Shown here piece after piece: positions 8,503 through 19,238 of a DNA stretch of 64,000 nt. The first letter of the stretch is position 1. Every line of letters begins with the position of its first letter. The stretch comes from Candidatus Poribacteria bacterium. Its GTDB lineage: Bacteria > Poribacteria > WGA-4E > WGA-3G. The notes beneath the pieces are model-generated. The model saw only the letters and a list, made by a program, of their open reading frames with translations, was not told where the DNA came from and made no database searches. The position numbers were made by a program, and so were the translations under genes. Location of the stretch: assembly GCA_965198235.1 (NCBI GenBank), contig OZ240248.1, positions 4,352,001 to 4,416,000 of the forward strand, in the 5' to 3' direction.

Positions 8503-9936
8503 TTAGAAGTTCCTCACTGGATCGGGTTGCAAACCCAATTTCGCATAAGATTCGGCTGTTGGGAAAATTTTTCCGGGGTTGCAGAGACCCGTAGGGTCAA
8601 AAACTTCTTTGACAGTCGCCATTACTTGCAAATCGGCAGGACTGAAGATGAGGGGCATATAATCCATCTTCTCAACACCGATGCCGTGCTCCCCTGTGAT
8701 TGTGCCCCCGACCTCAGCGCACACAGACAGAATTTCCATATTGACATGCTCCACGCGTTCACACTGGTCAGCGTCTCGCTCATTAAAGAGGACAATAGGA
8801 TGAATGTTGCCGTCACCTGCGTGGAACACATTCGCGATGGGAATCTGATACTTCTCAGAGATCTCAGAGATCCGCCGCAGCACCTTCGGCAGCGTCGTCC
8901 GTGGCACGACACCGTCCTGAGTAATGTAGTTCGGAGCAAGTCGCCCGAATGAACCAAACGCGCTTTTTCGCGCCTTCCAAAGTTGCTGCCGCTCCGTCTC
9001 ATCTTTGGCGTAATCCACCTTCCGTGCGTTGTGCTGTGTGAATATCTCCAAGATCTGATCGGTCTGGTTCTTCATTCCTGCCTCAATACCATCAAGTTCC
9101 ACAATCAGAATCGCTTCGGCATCAAGGGGGAAACCGAACTGGAAGGCTTCTTCTAAAGCACGAATGACGAGAGTGTCCATCATTTCAAGGGCAGCCGGAA
9201 TAATACCTTCACCGATAATCGTTGAAACAGCATTAGAAGCATCGTCCATTGTCTCAAAGACAGCGAGCGCGGTTTGGTACGCCTGCGGATTCCGGGTAAG
9301 TCGGACGATTGCTTTCGTTACGATTCCAAATGTGCCTTCGGAGCCGACCATCACACCGCGGAGGTCGTAGCCGAGCGTTTCCTCAACAGCACCCCCCAAT
9401 TCAATAATTTCACCATCCGGCAAAACAACTTCCAACCCAAGCACATGGTCGGATGTAACGCCATATTTCAAGGTATGGGGTCCACCGGAATTTTCGGCGA
9501 TATTCCCGCCTATCGTGCATGCCTTCTGACTTGATGGATCCGGCGCGTAGTGATAGCCTCGGTTCTGCACCGCCTGTGTCAACAAGAGATTAACCACACC
9601 GGGTTCAATCACCGCTCGTTCGTTCTCAAGATCCACCTCTAAGATGCGGTCCATCCGGTTGAGGGCAATGATAATCCCGCCTTGGACAGAGAGCATACCA
9701 CCACTCAAGCCGGTGCCGCCGCCACGAGCGATAAACGGAGTGTCATATTTATTCGCCAACTTTACGATATCCGATACCTGCTGTGCCGTATCCGCAAAGA
9801 CAACAACGTCCGGCATCGCCTTAAAAGACGGAGCCGCATCGCATTCGTATACCGAAAGTGCGGTTGCATCCGTTAAGACATTCTTAGACCCAAGGCGTGT
9901 AGAGAGGTCAGCAATGAGTTGTTCTTTCTGGTCCAT
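8503..9936 (-). CDS. glcD: Glycolate oxidase subunit GlcD (FAD-linked oxidase)
   Basis: ARGGGTGLSGG, PDPSSQ..CTIGGN, HAGDGNIHP, GEHGIG. Confidence 0.92.
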   Translation of the reverse strand: MDQKEQLIADLSTRLGSKNVLTDATALSVYECDAAPSFKAMPDVVVFADTAQQVSDIVKLANKYDTPFIARGGGTGLSGGMLSVQGGIIIALNRMDRILEVDLENERAVIEPGVVNLLLTQAVQNRGYHYAPDPSSQKACTIGGNIAENSGGPHTLKYGVTSDHVLGLEVVLPDGEIIELGGAVEETLGYDLRGVMVGSEGTFGIVTKAIVRLTRNPQAYQTALAVFETMDDASNAVSTIIGEGIIPAALEMMDTLVIRALEEAFQFGFPLDAEAILIVELDGIEAGMKNQTDQILEIFTQHNARKVDYAKDETERQQLWKARKSAFGSFGRLAPNYITQDGVVPRTTLPKVLRRISEISEKYQIPIANVFHAGDGNIHPIVLFNERDADQCERVEHVNMEILSVCAEVGGTITGEHGIGVEKMDYMPLIFSPADLQVMATVKEVFDPTGLCNPGKIFPTAESYAKLGLQPDPVRNF

Positions 9937-10248
9937 AGTCTATTCCTTCTGCATGGCAATTTCTGATTATTCTTGTACTTAGTGTATCACAATTTTGGTT
10001 GAATGTCCAATTAGAAATTTAGCGAATGTTTCCAGATTTTTTTCTTTGTGATAGCCGCGTGCAGCGTGTTGCAATTATGAGACTGAATACAACCCACCAA
10101 AGTTTGATTATCAAGGCACTTTTCCGAGATACAATGAGTGCAGGAAACAAAAATGCGAAAACAGATTATAAATCCAGTTTCTGCCAAAATTTTCCTTGCG
10201 ATGCTGGCTCACAGCATGCTATAATGTAGACTTAAAGGAGGATGAACT

Positions 10249-10989
10249 ATGAAAACATTTATGATTCTCGTATGCGGAATCTTGTTGTGCAGCATCGTCG
10301 GAGTAGGCTCCGCCGGTGTATGGACGGACCCCTTTGACGGCGACGAACTCGTTGAAGGGTGGGAATTCCGCGACCATCGCGACAAAGTTACAACGTTTGA
10401 AGTCAAAGACGGTTTTCTACAGATGACCAATCCAAAGGGTGGATGGGGGCATACCACTCCTGATAAACCGATGCTTGAACGGGAAATCCCGAAAAGTGCC
10501 GCGAAAAACATAATAGTGAGTGGGATTTTTTCCACCGAACCGGATAAACCCGCAGACTCATGGATCGGTATTTTCCTTTACAGCGACGAAGACCTGAACT
10601 ACGCTTGTCTGCTATTTGGTGGCGAAGCCAATCAGCCACAAAAAACCCTCATTGGCAGCATGGTCCAAGGAGGTTGGCAAGACAAAGGACACTTTCAAAC
10701 AGGCTTCGATGTCCCGCTTCACCTCAAGATCGTCAAAGAGGGCGATGTCTTCTCCGGCTATTATCGAGAGAACGAGAAGGATGAATGGAAACTCTCTGGG
10801 GACAAAACGTGGAACCACAAGTTTGATGTAGAACGCGTCGGTGTCGGCTTCATGAACAGTTGGGGCGGTCAAACTGTTACCTTTCTTGTCGATACACTCT
10901 CCATTGAAGGCGAAGGGATTGAACCCTTGGAAGTTGCGCCAAACGGGAAACTGACGACAACATGGGGAACCCTCAAAGCGAGTCAATAA
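10249..10989 (+). CDS. Secreted concanavalin/LamG-like protein with a Poribacteria-type C-terminal tail
   Basis: Signal peptide, beta-rich body, C-terminal EVAPNGKLTTTWGTLK; AAAGGAGG RBS. Confidence 0.75.
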   Translation: MKTFMILVCGILLCSIVGVGSAGVWTDPFDGDELVEGWEFRDHRDKVTTFEVKDGFLQMTNPKGGWGHTTPDKPMLEREIPKSAAKNIIVSGIFSTEPDKPADSWIGIFLYSDEDLNYACLLFGGEANQPQKTLIGSMVQGGWQDKGHFQTGFDVPLHLKIVKEGDVFSGYYRENEKDEWKLSGDKTWNHKFDVERVGVGFMNSWGGQTVTFLVDTLSIEGEGIEPLEVAPNGKLTTTWGTLKASQ

Positions 10990-11178
10990 TCTTCGGTGGA
11001 ATGTGTTTGCCTATAGAAAGAAAAGCAAATCCGTCCAGCACGCCAGTAGATTTAAAATGGGGTGGTGCAAGCACTGCCCCCATAATACTTCTTGAGCAAA
11101 TCGAATAGCATCAAAAGACAAACGCTTAAAGCCACTTAGGTGACAAAAGATTAAGAGCTAAGGAGAAATGTTACCACC

Positions 11179-14100
11179 ATGTCCATTCCCAAAATGTCCG
11201 TGAACAACCCGGTCTTAGCGAATATGCTAATGATTGTAATTATTGCTTTCGGGTTGTACGCATGGATAAACCTACCACGAGAACTCACACCAGAAATTGC
11301 CCTACAGAGCGCGACTGTGACGACCCTGTATCCGGGTGCTTCTCCGGAAGAAGTTGAAAAGCTCGTATCCGCCCCTATTGAAGACGCAATTGAAGAAAAC
11401 GTCAATAAAATCAATCTACTGCTCTCTAATTCTTCAGAGGGACGCTCGATTGTCTCCGTTGATTTTGAAGAGATGAGCAACCGTGATTTCGACAAGGAAC
11501 TTGAGAACCTCCGCACTGCTGTAGAACAGGTAAATGAATTGCCAGCAGAAATTTTGGACGATCCGAAGGTTGAAGAATTGGATGTCTCCTCTGGCTTTCC
11601 TATGTTGACGATTGTTGTGGGCGGCACCATTTCGGAAGCGCAGATGCGGGATATTGCCGAAAATCTCAAGGACGAAATCTTAGACATCAAAAACATTGCG
11701 TCCGTCCGAATAGCAGGTCTCCGTGAGAGGGAAATTTGGATTGAGGTGAACCCGGATCGGTTGAAGGCGTATCAGATTCCGATTGCATCTATCATCACCG
11801 CACTCGGTGCCAGTAATTTGAATCTCCCGGCTGGCACGATGGAACTTGGGAGCACGGAGTTTATGGTGCGGACAATGGGCGAATTTGCGAATCCAGACAC
11901 GATCGGTGAAACCATCATCGCTGTTCAACCGACAGGCACGCCACTCCGTCTGAAAGATGTCGCAACGGTTTCGGACACCTATGAGAAAGCACGAACGCTA
12001 TCACGGATCAGTGGGAAACCTTCTATTAGCCTAAGCGTGCAAAAGAAGACTGAGGGCAACACAATCACATTAGTTGCCGAACTTCGAGAATTGGTTGAAA
12101 AACGGCAAGGAGATCTCCCTGAAGGTGCCGAATTAACGCCAGTTAACGACTATTCGGTTATACTCAAAGAACGGTTGGGGATTCTTGAAACAAATGCATT
12201 TTTTGGTTTGATCCTTGTTGTGTTGATGCTTCTCCTCTTTATTGGATGGCGGAACGCGATATTCGCGGCACTCGGAATACCAGTTGCGTTCATGGCAACC
12301 TTCTGGTTCATGTCTATGACAGGTTACACACTCAGTGGTGTTTCTCTGTTCGGACTCATCTTAGTCGTTGGAATTGTTGTAGACGATGCTATCGTCGTGA
12401 TAGAAAATATTTATCGACACATTGAGAGAGGTGAACCCCCGAAAGTTGCCGCCATTCGTGGCGCACAAGAAGTCGGCTGGCCCGTCGTAGCTGCCAGCTT
12501 AACGACAATCTGCGCATTTGGTCCCCTGATGTTTATGTCTGGCGTTTCCGGACAGTTCATGCGGGTCGTGCCAGTCATGGCGATTCTCGTCTTGTTGGCT
12601 TCTCTCTTTGAGGTATTCGTCATTTTACCAGCACACGTCGCCGAGTGGGGGAAACCGAGGAGCCAAACGGGGCACAGTAGGCTTGATCGAATTCGGACTC
12701 GATCTCAGGGGGCTTTCACCGCGAGTGTACGCATCGTTGGTTTTTTGGTGTGGTTCAGCACGGTTTTTGACTTAATCCGGAACCGGTATGTTAGAATCCT
12801 GAAGGTAACGATTCGGCGGCGGTACGTCTTCGTCGGATTTGTTCTTTTCATGGGTTTGATTGCATGTGTCAGTGCGTTTTTGGTGCTTGACAAGGAGCTC
12901 TTTCCTGGGGAGGACTTTCCTCAATTTTATGTCAAAGCCGAAATGCCGCCTTCCTATGGACTACAAGAAACAACAGCAGTTATGGCGCAGGTCGAAGAAG
13001 CCGCCAAAACACTTCCATCATCTGAAATCGCCGCAATCGTTAGCAACATCGGTATACATACTCCGACTTCAGGATTGATGGAAGGCGTTACCTATGGATC
13101 AAATTTTGGGGAAGTTATCATTGAACTCACACCAAAACAGGAACGCACTCGAGGTGTAGATGAAATCATCGCAGAACTGCGTACAAAAACAGCAACAATT
13201 AGCGGAATCGAGCAGCTGAATTTCATCACACAGGAAGGCGGTCCACCCTCAGGGTCGGATGTTGAAGTCAAGGTAAAGGGACCGCGATTTGACCAACTTA
13301 CGGAACTCACCGATGTCCTTAAGACATCACTTATGCAGATGGATGGTGTTTACGATATTCGGGATGACTTTCGGATTGGTAAATCCGAAGTCCGTATCTA
13401 TCTGAAACCGGAGAAGGCACATCAATTCGGGTTAACTACATTCCAAATCGCACAAACAGTGCGTACCGCTATTGAAGGTGCTAAAGCAACAACCTATCGT
13501 GAAGGAGACGAAGCGATTGATGTCGTTGTCAAATATAAAGAAGACACCCTCACGAACCTTGTAGAACTTAATAACCTCTTAATTGCAACACCCACGGGTG
13601 CAATTGTCCCGCTCAAGGATGTCGCCAATATCGCAGAAGATAAAGGATATTCCGATATCCGTCGATTCGACGGTGAACGGGCAATTACGGTTTATGCATC
13701 GGTAGATACTGAGAAAACCACAGCGTTCAAAGTAAATCAGGCGCTCATCAGTGCTTTTGATGACGTGGAATCGCTGTATCCGGGATACAAGCTTGACTTT
13801 CGAGGGCTTTTCGATGAAATTCTGGATTCCTTCTCCGAATTGTGGAAATTGTTTATTGTCGGGCTGTTGTTAATCTATGTGGTATTAGGTGCTCAATTCA
13901 AATCGTTTATACAACCGATTATTATCATGTTTGCTGTTCCTTTTGGGATGATAGGTGCGATGGTTGGACTCCTCCTCTCCAATGCGACACTGAGTATTGT
14001 TGCGATGTTCGGTATCGTTGCACTCTCTGGAATTGTCGTGAACGATTCGATTGTCCTTATCGACTTCATTAACAAATATCGAGAACGCGGTTACAATAAG

Positions 14101-14406
14101 TGGTATGCAATCCTAAAAGGTGGCAGTGTCCGATTACGTCCCATTGTTCTTACCTCACTGACAACAATTATCGGACTCATTCCGATGGCTGTCGGTCTTG
14201 GTGGTAAATCACCGATCTGGATGCCGATGGCGTATACTATCATCTTCGGGCTCGCCTTCGCAACCACAATGACGCTATTTGTGATGCCTGCGCTTTATGC
14301 CATCACAACCGACTTACGAGGTCTCTTCCTGAGAAATCCAGAGGAACGCTTCCGAACCGTTTCAGAGGAAGAACTGTTGGGTGTTGCGGTCCCAGCTGAT
14401 GATTAA
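11179..14406 (+). CDS. RND efflux transporter permease (AcrB/AcrD/AcrF family)
   Basis: 1075 aa; YPGASPEEVE, GIVVDDAIVVIENI, RLRPIVLTSLTT. Confidence 0.95.
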   Translation: MSIPKMSVNNPVLANMLMIVIIAFGLYAWINLPRELTPEIALQSATVTTLYPGASPEEVEKLVSAPIEDAIEENVNKINLLLSNSSEGRSIVSVDFEEMSNRDFDKELENLRTAVEQVNELPAEILDDPKVEELDVSSGFPMLTIVVGGTISEAQMRDIAENLKDEILDIKNIASVRIAGLREREIWIEVNPDRLKAYQIPIASIITALGASNLNLPAGTMELGSTEFMVRTMGEFANPDTIGETIIAVQPTGTPLRLKDVATVSDTYEKARTLSRISGKPSISLSVQKKTEGNTITLVAELRELVEKRQGDLPEGAELTPVNDYSVILKERLGILETNAFFGLILVVLMLLLFIGWRNAIFAALGIPVAFMATFWFMSMTGYTLSGVSLFGLILVVGIVVDDAIVVIENIYRHIERGEPPKVAAIRGAQEVGWPVVAASLTTICAFGPLMFMSGVSGQFMRVVPVMAILVLLASLFEVFVILPAHVAEWGKPRSQTGHSRLDRIRTRSQGAFTASVRIVGFLVWFSTVFDLIRNRYVRILKVTIRRRYVFVGFVLFMGLIACVSAFLVLDKELFPGEDFPQFYVKAEMPPSYGLQETTAVMAQVEEAAKTLPSSEIAAIVSNIGIHTPTSGLMEGVTYGSNFGEVIIELTPKQERTRGVDEIIAELRTKTATISGIEQLNFITQEGGPPSGSDVEVKVKGPRFDQLTELTDVLKTSLMQMDGVYDIRDDFRIGKSEVRIYLKPEKAHQFGLTTFQIAQTVRTAIEGAKATTYREGDEAIDVVVKYKEDTLTNLVELNNLLIATPTGAIVPLKDVANIAEDKGYSDIRRFDGERAITVYASVDTEKTTAFKVNQALISAFDDVESLYPGYKLDFRGLFDEILDSFSELWKLFIVGLLLIYVVLGAQFKSFIQPIIIMFAVPFGMIGAMVGLLLSNATLSIVAMFGIVALSGIVVNDSIVLIDFINKYRERGYNKWYAILKGGSVRLRPIVLTSLTTIIGLIPMAVGLGGKSPIWMPMAYTIIFGLAFATTMTLFVMPALYAITTDLRGLFLRNPEERFRTVSEEELLGVAVPADD

Positions 14407-14467
14407 CCAGAAGTGTAGAGCGAAATTTCCGACCCTCGCCTTTTAGAAAAAAGATTGGAAAATTGAT

Positions 14468-15427
14468 ATGAAAATTACCTTTATCGGTGTCGGTGGCATC
14501 ACCAGAAGTTATCGCCAAAGCCTCAAACAACTCGAACGTCCCATTGCAGCGGTCTGTGATATAAATGCCGAACGCGTCGCCTCTATCGCCGCCGAAGAGA
14601 GTGCGACAGCATACACTGACCACAACGAGATGCTACAGAAAGAGAAACCTGATGTCGTATTCACCTGCATACCACCCGGAGCACATACGACACAGGTTGC
14701 TGACGCAGCGGTGTCTGGGGCCGCGGTCTTCGTCGCAAAACCAGTCGCACAGGATTTGGACACCGCTCAACACGCCCGCGATGCGATTGCCACTGCCGAC
14801 GTTATCAACCAAGTCGGCTATATGGCGCGCTACAGCGACATCACAGCGAAAGCGAAAGCGTTAGTCGGAGATCGGAAACTTACAATGGGGATTGGACGGT
14901 TTCTCACGAGGATGGGTGCTAACCACCCGTGGTGGGGAAAATACGAGGTATCCCGTGGACAGATGGTCGAGCAGACAACCCACGTCTTTGACCTCATCCG
15001 CTACTTCCTCGGTGATGTCGCAAGCGTTCATGCGTCCGGTATCAAGGGGGTGTCCGACGGTATAACTGACTTTGAGGAGTGCACTGTCTGCAATATGCAG
15101 TTTGAAAGCGGAGCAGTAGGGAATATCACCAGTACCTGTGTCGCACGAGCGCACGACCATTTCGCAACGGAATTGGTCGGCGATGACATCTACCTCAAAC
15201 TTACGCTCGATCTCGGATTACGCGGACAAATCAGCGGTGAGGCGATCGACTACACCGGCACGGAAGCGGGTTACTTCCGACAGGTTGAGCAGTTCATCAA
15301 TGCGGTCGAAGCAAACGATCAGGAATTGGTTATTTCACCCTACGCCGATGCCGTCAAATCCCTTGCCGTCACACTTGCTGCGAATCGTTCCTTGGAAACA
15401 GGACAGGTTGAACGGGTTGAGGGATAA
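14468..15427 (+). CDS. Gfo/Idh/MocA oxidoreductase
   Basis: IGVGGI Rossmann start; (A)KP motif; EQTTH. Confidence 0.85.
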   Translation: MKITFIGVGGITRSYRQSLKQLERPIAAVCDINAERVASIAAEESATAYTDHNEMLQKEKPDVVFTCIPPGAHTTQVADAAVSGAAVFVAKPVAQDLDTAQHARDAIATADVINQVGYMARYSDITAKAKALVGDRKLTMGIGRFLTRMGANHPWWGKYEVSRGQMVEQTTHVFDLIRYFLGDVASVHASGIKGVSDGITDFEECTVCNMQFESGAVGNITSTCVARAHDHFATELVGDDIYLKLTLDLGLRGQISGEAIDYTGTEAGYFRQVEQFINAVEANDQELVISPYADAVKSLAVTLAANRSLETGQVERVEG

Positions 15428-15493
15428 CCGAAAGAAACGGATATACTTAGCAATAGGCATTGACCGAACTTACAAATCGAGGGATGTGCAAAG

Positions 15494-15964
15494 TTAACGT
15501 TTCGTTGACTTTGCCAAAGCCTGTGCTAAGTTTCCTTGGTGACCGCATCGCGCAGTATTAATCGGAAATTCTGCACCTCGGAATCTGATTCTGGCAGTTC
15601 TAAGTCGGTTTCTCTGACTTCTGTGTATGCTACCTCCATGGACCAGGACAAGAACAAGGTTCATCTCAACGTCATTTGGAGTGCACCTGTCAACAATACG
15701 CGCTCCGTCTTGCAACTGTGCAACCGCTTCTGATGCATCAACATCGCCTCGCTTAAGTTCCATTGGAACTGCGACGAGACCGTTCTGGACATCGTCAATG
15801 TGGAAAAGGATCAGGTCACATTGATTTGTATCCGCTTGGTCTGTTGGAAATGCAAGATCTACATCCAATACAACGCGATTTGCTGGTTTAGATTGTAGAT
15901 TAGCCATAGAGACGCGACACCCTTCTTTGGTATAGGGGATGTCGCCTTTCTGTTTCCTACCCAC
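15494..15964 (-). CDS. Hypothetical protein, putative PD-(D/E)xK-like nuclease
   Basis: CDLILF...VPMELK...AVAQL pattern; directly downstream of the ATPase. Confidence 0.55.
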   Translation of the reverse strand: MGRKQKGDIPYTKEGCRVSMANLQSKPANRVVLDVDLAFPTDQADTNQCDLILFHIDDVQNGLVAVPMELKRGDVDASEAVAQLQDGARIVDRCTPNDVEMNLVLVLVHGGSIHRSQRNRLRTARIRFRGAEFPINTARCGHQGNLAQALAKSTKR

Positions 15965-15985
15965 TGGCGAATCTCCTTAAGAGCT

Positions 15986-17440
15986 TCATGCAGATTCACG
16001 TCCGCTGTTACCTTCCTGTTTCTCTAATTTCTGTTGGAGATTCACCGATCGATTGTAAAGCCCTTCCGCAACCTCCTCATAATCTTCTGGAGAGATGCCT
16101 TCTCCGGGTTTAAAAGGCATTTCCTTCACAGGTTTGTCCTTTTGGAAATGCCAAACACCAACTTCTTCTGGCAGCAGCCAACTCACAGGTTCATTAGTTT
16201 CTTTAGCCAGCAGTCCCTCAAGCGTTAGGTTGCTTATTTCCTGAAGCAGCCAATCACTATGCGTTGTTATAATTACTCTTACCCCTGCCCGAACCAAACG
16301 AGCGAGGATAACTGCCATGTCCGCCTGCGCTCCAGGATGCAGGTGCGCTTCCGGTTCCTCAATGATGAGCGTATCACCGGGCTTAAGGTCACTACGAAGA
16401 AACAACACCAACGGAGCGAGTTCCGATACCATTGAAGAGGCTTGACTCACAAGAATATCTTCCTCCATTCCCTGTGGACGGTAGAGAAACTCTGAGTGCC
16501 CACTTGGAGAAGATTTTGCGATTATGTCACCGGCGAGTACATCAGTCTCTAATGATTTGGCAATTGCAAACAATTTATCATTAGGTGTATCAGGTTCTTC
16601 GTAGAGTATCAGCAGCCGTAGGAAGTCTGCAAGCCCTCCTGATAACGTCGCAATATCTGAGGAATCTTCCATGAATGGGTAACTAATATGTGCTACAGAT
16701 GAACTCGCGATTATTTTGTGATTTTGCATTATGCCGCTTCGAGAAGATGGCAGATAATACCTTCGCAAATGCCTGATAGAGGGACGCGAACCTTCCAAAA
16801 TAGATACGGCATAAGAAACATGTGGTCTGATTAATTCAACGGGATTAACCACCATGTTCTCGTTAACTCGATCATTTATTACGATGCTATCACCAGAACC
16901 TTTCATCTCAACTGCCCAGAGCTCTTGACTTGCTTCACTAACCGATAAAGAAACATCCATTCTATGGTGCCGTCCATTGTCCAACCGAGGTAATTTGGAA
17001 ATCGAATTAAGATTAAAACAGCGTTTAAGTTCTTCCTCAAAAACCTTTAGATTCTTGAGCCCAGATTTTATTTCCTCACGGATGTCCTGAGGAAGTTCTG
17101 ACAACTTGACCTGCTTGTCAATTATTTTTATTTTTTCAACCAATTGATAAAATTTATTTATTTCATCTATTACCTCAATTACATCATCGAAAGAGTCTGA
17201 CTCAAATGTGGCTTTCGGTAAGGATAATATAGCGTGGTTCAACAAAGGATATCGCGGGAACCCCTCAAGGATACCATGCAGCGCATACACCAGCGTGGCA
17301 AAATAGGTTTTTCCCGTGTTGCTCGGACCAACAAATACCGTCAGCGGACGCAAATCAATGTTCGCCTCCGCAATGGGACCGAAATTTTTAACAACAATTT
17401 CGACGTTCGGATGCTGATGCGTTTCTTTGGCTTCGTTCAT
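15986..17440 (-). CDS. ABC-type/AAA ATPase (AAA_15/AAA_21, AbiEii/OLD-like)
   Basis: KNFGPI, Walker A GPSNTGKT, signature ASS, Walker B IIEEPEAHLHP, TTHSD. Confidence 0.88.
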   Translation of the reverse strand: MNEAKETHQHPNVEIVVKNFGPIAEANIDLRPLTVFVGPSNTGKTYFATLVYALHGILEGFPRYPLLNHAILSLPKATFESDSFDDVIEVIDEINKFYQLVEKIKIIDKQVKLSELPQDIREEIKSGLKNLKVFEEELKRCFNLNSISKLPRLDNGRHHRMDVSLSVSEASQELWAVEMKGSGDSIVINDRVNENMVVNPVELIRPHVSYAVSILEGSRPSIRHLRRYYLPSSRSGIMQNHKIIASSSVAHISYPFMEDSSDIATLSGGLADFLRLLILYEEPDTPNDKLFAIAKSLETDVLAGDIIAKSSPSGHSEFLYRPQGMEEDILVSQASSMVSELAPLVLFLRSDLKPGDTLIIEEPEAHLHPGAQADMAVILARLVRAGVRVIITTHSDWLLQEISNLTLEGLLAKETNEPVSWLLPEEVGVWHFQKDKPVKEMPFKPGEGISPEDYEEVAEGLYNRSVNLQQKLEKQEGNSGRESA

Positions 17441-17490
17441 TGTTATTTCTCCTAATCCGGTTTACATTGTAACGCAAGTTGCCACCTTTT

Positions 17491-17565
17491 TATAAACATA
17501 GCACTCCGCTGGAGTGCGGTGCCTTGACGATACGATTTTCTATAGACATATCACCCCTACGGGGT
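17491..17565. repeat. REP-like pair (TATA[A/G]ACAT..C.CC.C..GG.G family)
   Basis: Hairpins GCACTCCGCTGGAGTGC and ACCCCTACGGGGT after TATARACATA; related copies at 31228, 34261-34370 and 48087-48160. Confidence 0.7.
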
Positions 17566-17671
17566 ATGAACATCAGCTTTTTGGGTGAAAAACTTATGTT
17601 CAAATGTATAGGACATCTTGGGTAGCAACTTGGATTACATTGTAGGCGCGCTTGCAATGCGGTCTGAAAGA

Positions 17672-19045
17672 TTAAAAAAACGTCAGATACAGTTTTCCAA
17701 CAATCTCCCGCCATAACAGGACTGCGAGTTCGCGGGCGTGATAATCGCCCCACATCGAAGCCTCTCCACACGGAATCTTCCTGCCTTCCGGCACATAATC
17801 CCACCCATTCGGACGGTGATATATCGAATGCAACAGCAGCCCTTGATGCGTATCGGATTCAGAGAGATAGGGTTCAGCGAAGAGCGTCTTCGCGACTGTT
17901 AAGCCCGCTTGGTAATAGGAATCTCCTGCATCTGGTTCACCGTGTTTTCTGAGATAGTTGCCCAGCCGAATCAATCCTTGCGCCGCAATCGCGGCGGCGG
18001 AACTATCTACCGGTTCAAGATCGTTGAACGGATCCGCGGGGACTGCCAAATAATCGTTGATATATTCGGCTAAACCGGGCGCGCCTGTATCCCAATATGG
18101 GATTCCGTCCTGTGCCGTGTTTTCAATATAGAAATCAGCGGTGGCTTCTGCCGCTTTGCGCATGTGTGCCGTTGCCAGTTCATATCCACCGTAAGGTTCA
18201 AGCATATCTGCTGGTAGCGTGTCAAAAAATTCAAGTTGCTCGGCGTAACCCGTAATAATCCATGCGAGTCCGCGCGTCCACGTCGTAAACGGTGAATACC
18301 CCTGCTGCGTACTCGGACAGCGGTAGTTCCCATCGTTCGTATTGAAGATAGATTCATGTACCACCCGTCCACGCAGGTCGAATGCATCACGACCTTCGCC
18401 ATAGTAGACGTTATAGGTTGCCGTCGTCTGCGAATGCTGGAGCAAGCGTTCCAGTAGACTAACAGCGACATCGCCCTCATCCATAAGCACTGCGCCAAGG
18501 GTATGTCCAAGTCCCAAAACCCGTAGAGAACGAATAGTGTCTGAGAAAAGCGAATGCGGTCCATTGAAAGAGGCGATATATCCCGTGCCATCTTTAATAC
18601 GGGTCCAGCGACTCGCTTGCACGGCAGCGGAGGCTTTCAGTGCGAGTTCATAGAAATCCATCTCGCCATCGTTCAAGGGAATCACACCCTCCCGCATCAA
18701 ACGTCGGAGGTTGCCGTAAGTAGAGACATTATTGAAACCGTGATCATGGACACCAATGTGGGTCACATGGGGTGCCATCTTTTCAATCGTATTCCGTCTA
18801 CCGATCTCAAGGAACTGCTCATCGCCAGTGGCATCAAATTGGAGAATAGCGGAGCCGAATTGGAACCCTTGCGTCCACTCAGTCCAGCCGCGTGTCGTGT
18901 AGGTGCCAGCGACCGTAAAAACAGGTGTCCCTTTTTCGGGGGGCCATGTGTCTTCTATTGCTAAAATTTTTTGACCTGAACATTCAAAAAGCCTCTGAAT
19001 CTGAGGCTTCAGATCGGCGGGATGCAATGAATCGTTTATCTGCAT
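17672..19045 (-). CDS. Glycoside hydrolase family 88-like (unsaturated glucuronyl hydrolase-like)
   Basis: WTEWTQGF, HDHGF, TWTRGLAW, DSSAAAIAA, WGDY. Confidence 0.8.
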   Translation of the reverse strand: MQINDSLHPADLKPQIQRLFECSGQKILAIEDTWPPEKGTPVFTVAGTYTTRGWTEWTQGFQFGSAILQFDATGDEQFLEIGRRNTIEKMAPHVTHIGVHDHGFNNVSTYGNLRRLMREGVIPLNDGEMDFYELALKASAAVQASRWTRIKDGTGYIASFNGPHSLFSDTIRSLRVLGLGHTLGAVLMDEGDVAVSLLERLLQHSQTTATYNVYYGEGRDAFDLRGRVVHESIFNTNDGNYRCPSTQQGYSPFTTWTRGLAWIITGYAEQLEFFDTLPADMLEPYGGYELATAHMRKAAEATADFYIENTAQDGIPYWDTGAPGLAEYINDYLAVPADPFNDLEPVDSSAAAIAAQGLIRLGNYLRKHGEPDAGDSYYQAGLTVAKTLFAEPYLSESDTHQGLLLHSIYHRPNGWDYVPEGRKIPCGEASMWGDYHARELAVLLWREIVGKLYLTFF

Positions 19046-19226
19046 TTTTTAAATTTTCCTTGCGGTTCGGTGAGGTGCATTGGATGAACAACGATCCCCT
19101 CCGTAGATCCGCCTGCGCCGTTGTTGCAGGCTACAGTTTTGGTTTAACATTCCATTCTTAACCAGAAACCCGCATTCTCACTGCGAAGCAAATGGACACA
19201 GCGGGCCAGAAGCAATAAGTTAAAAA
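19046..19226 (+). repeat. PE copy 3 (full length), abutting the GH88 start codon
   Basis: TTTTTAAATTTTCCTTGCGGTTCGGTGAGGTG...GCTACAGTTTTGGTTTAACATT...ACCAGAAACCC...AGTTAAAAA. Confidence 0.85.
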
Positions 19227-19238
19227 TCTAAAACTGCC

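Noticed and set aside
11179-14406. Orphan RND pump and incomplete sugar ABC operon as novel systems
   Set aside because: Operon fragmentation is general in this window (hisA, sat, infA), so the partners are probably encoded elsewhere.
19058-19110. CGGTTCGGTGAGG resembles the 3' side of group II intron domain V
   Set aside because: The 5' strand of domain V (catalytic triad helix) is absent and there is no RT gene; the similarity is too short.
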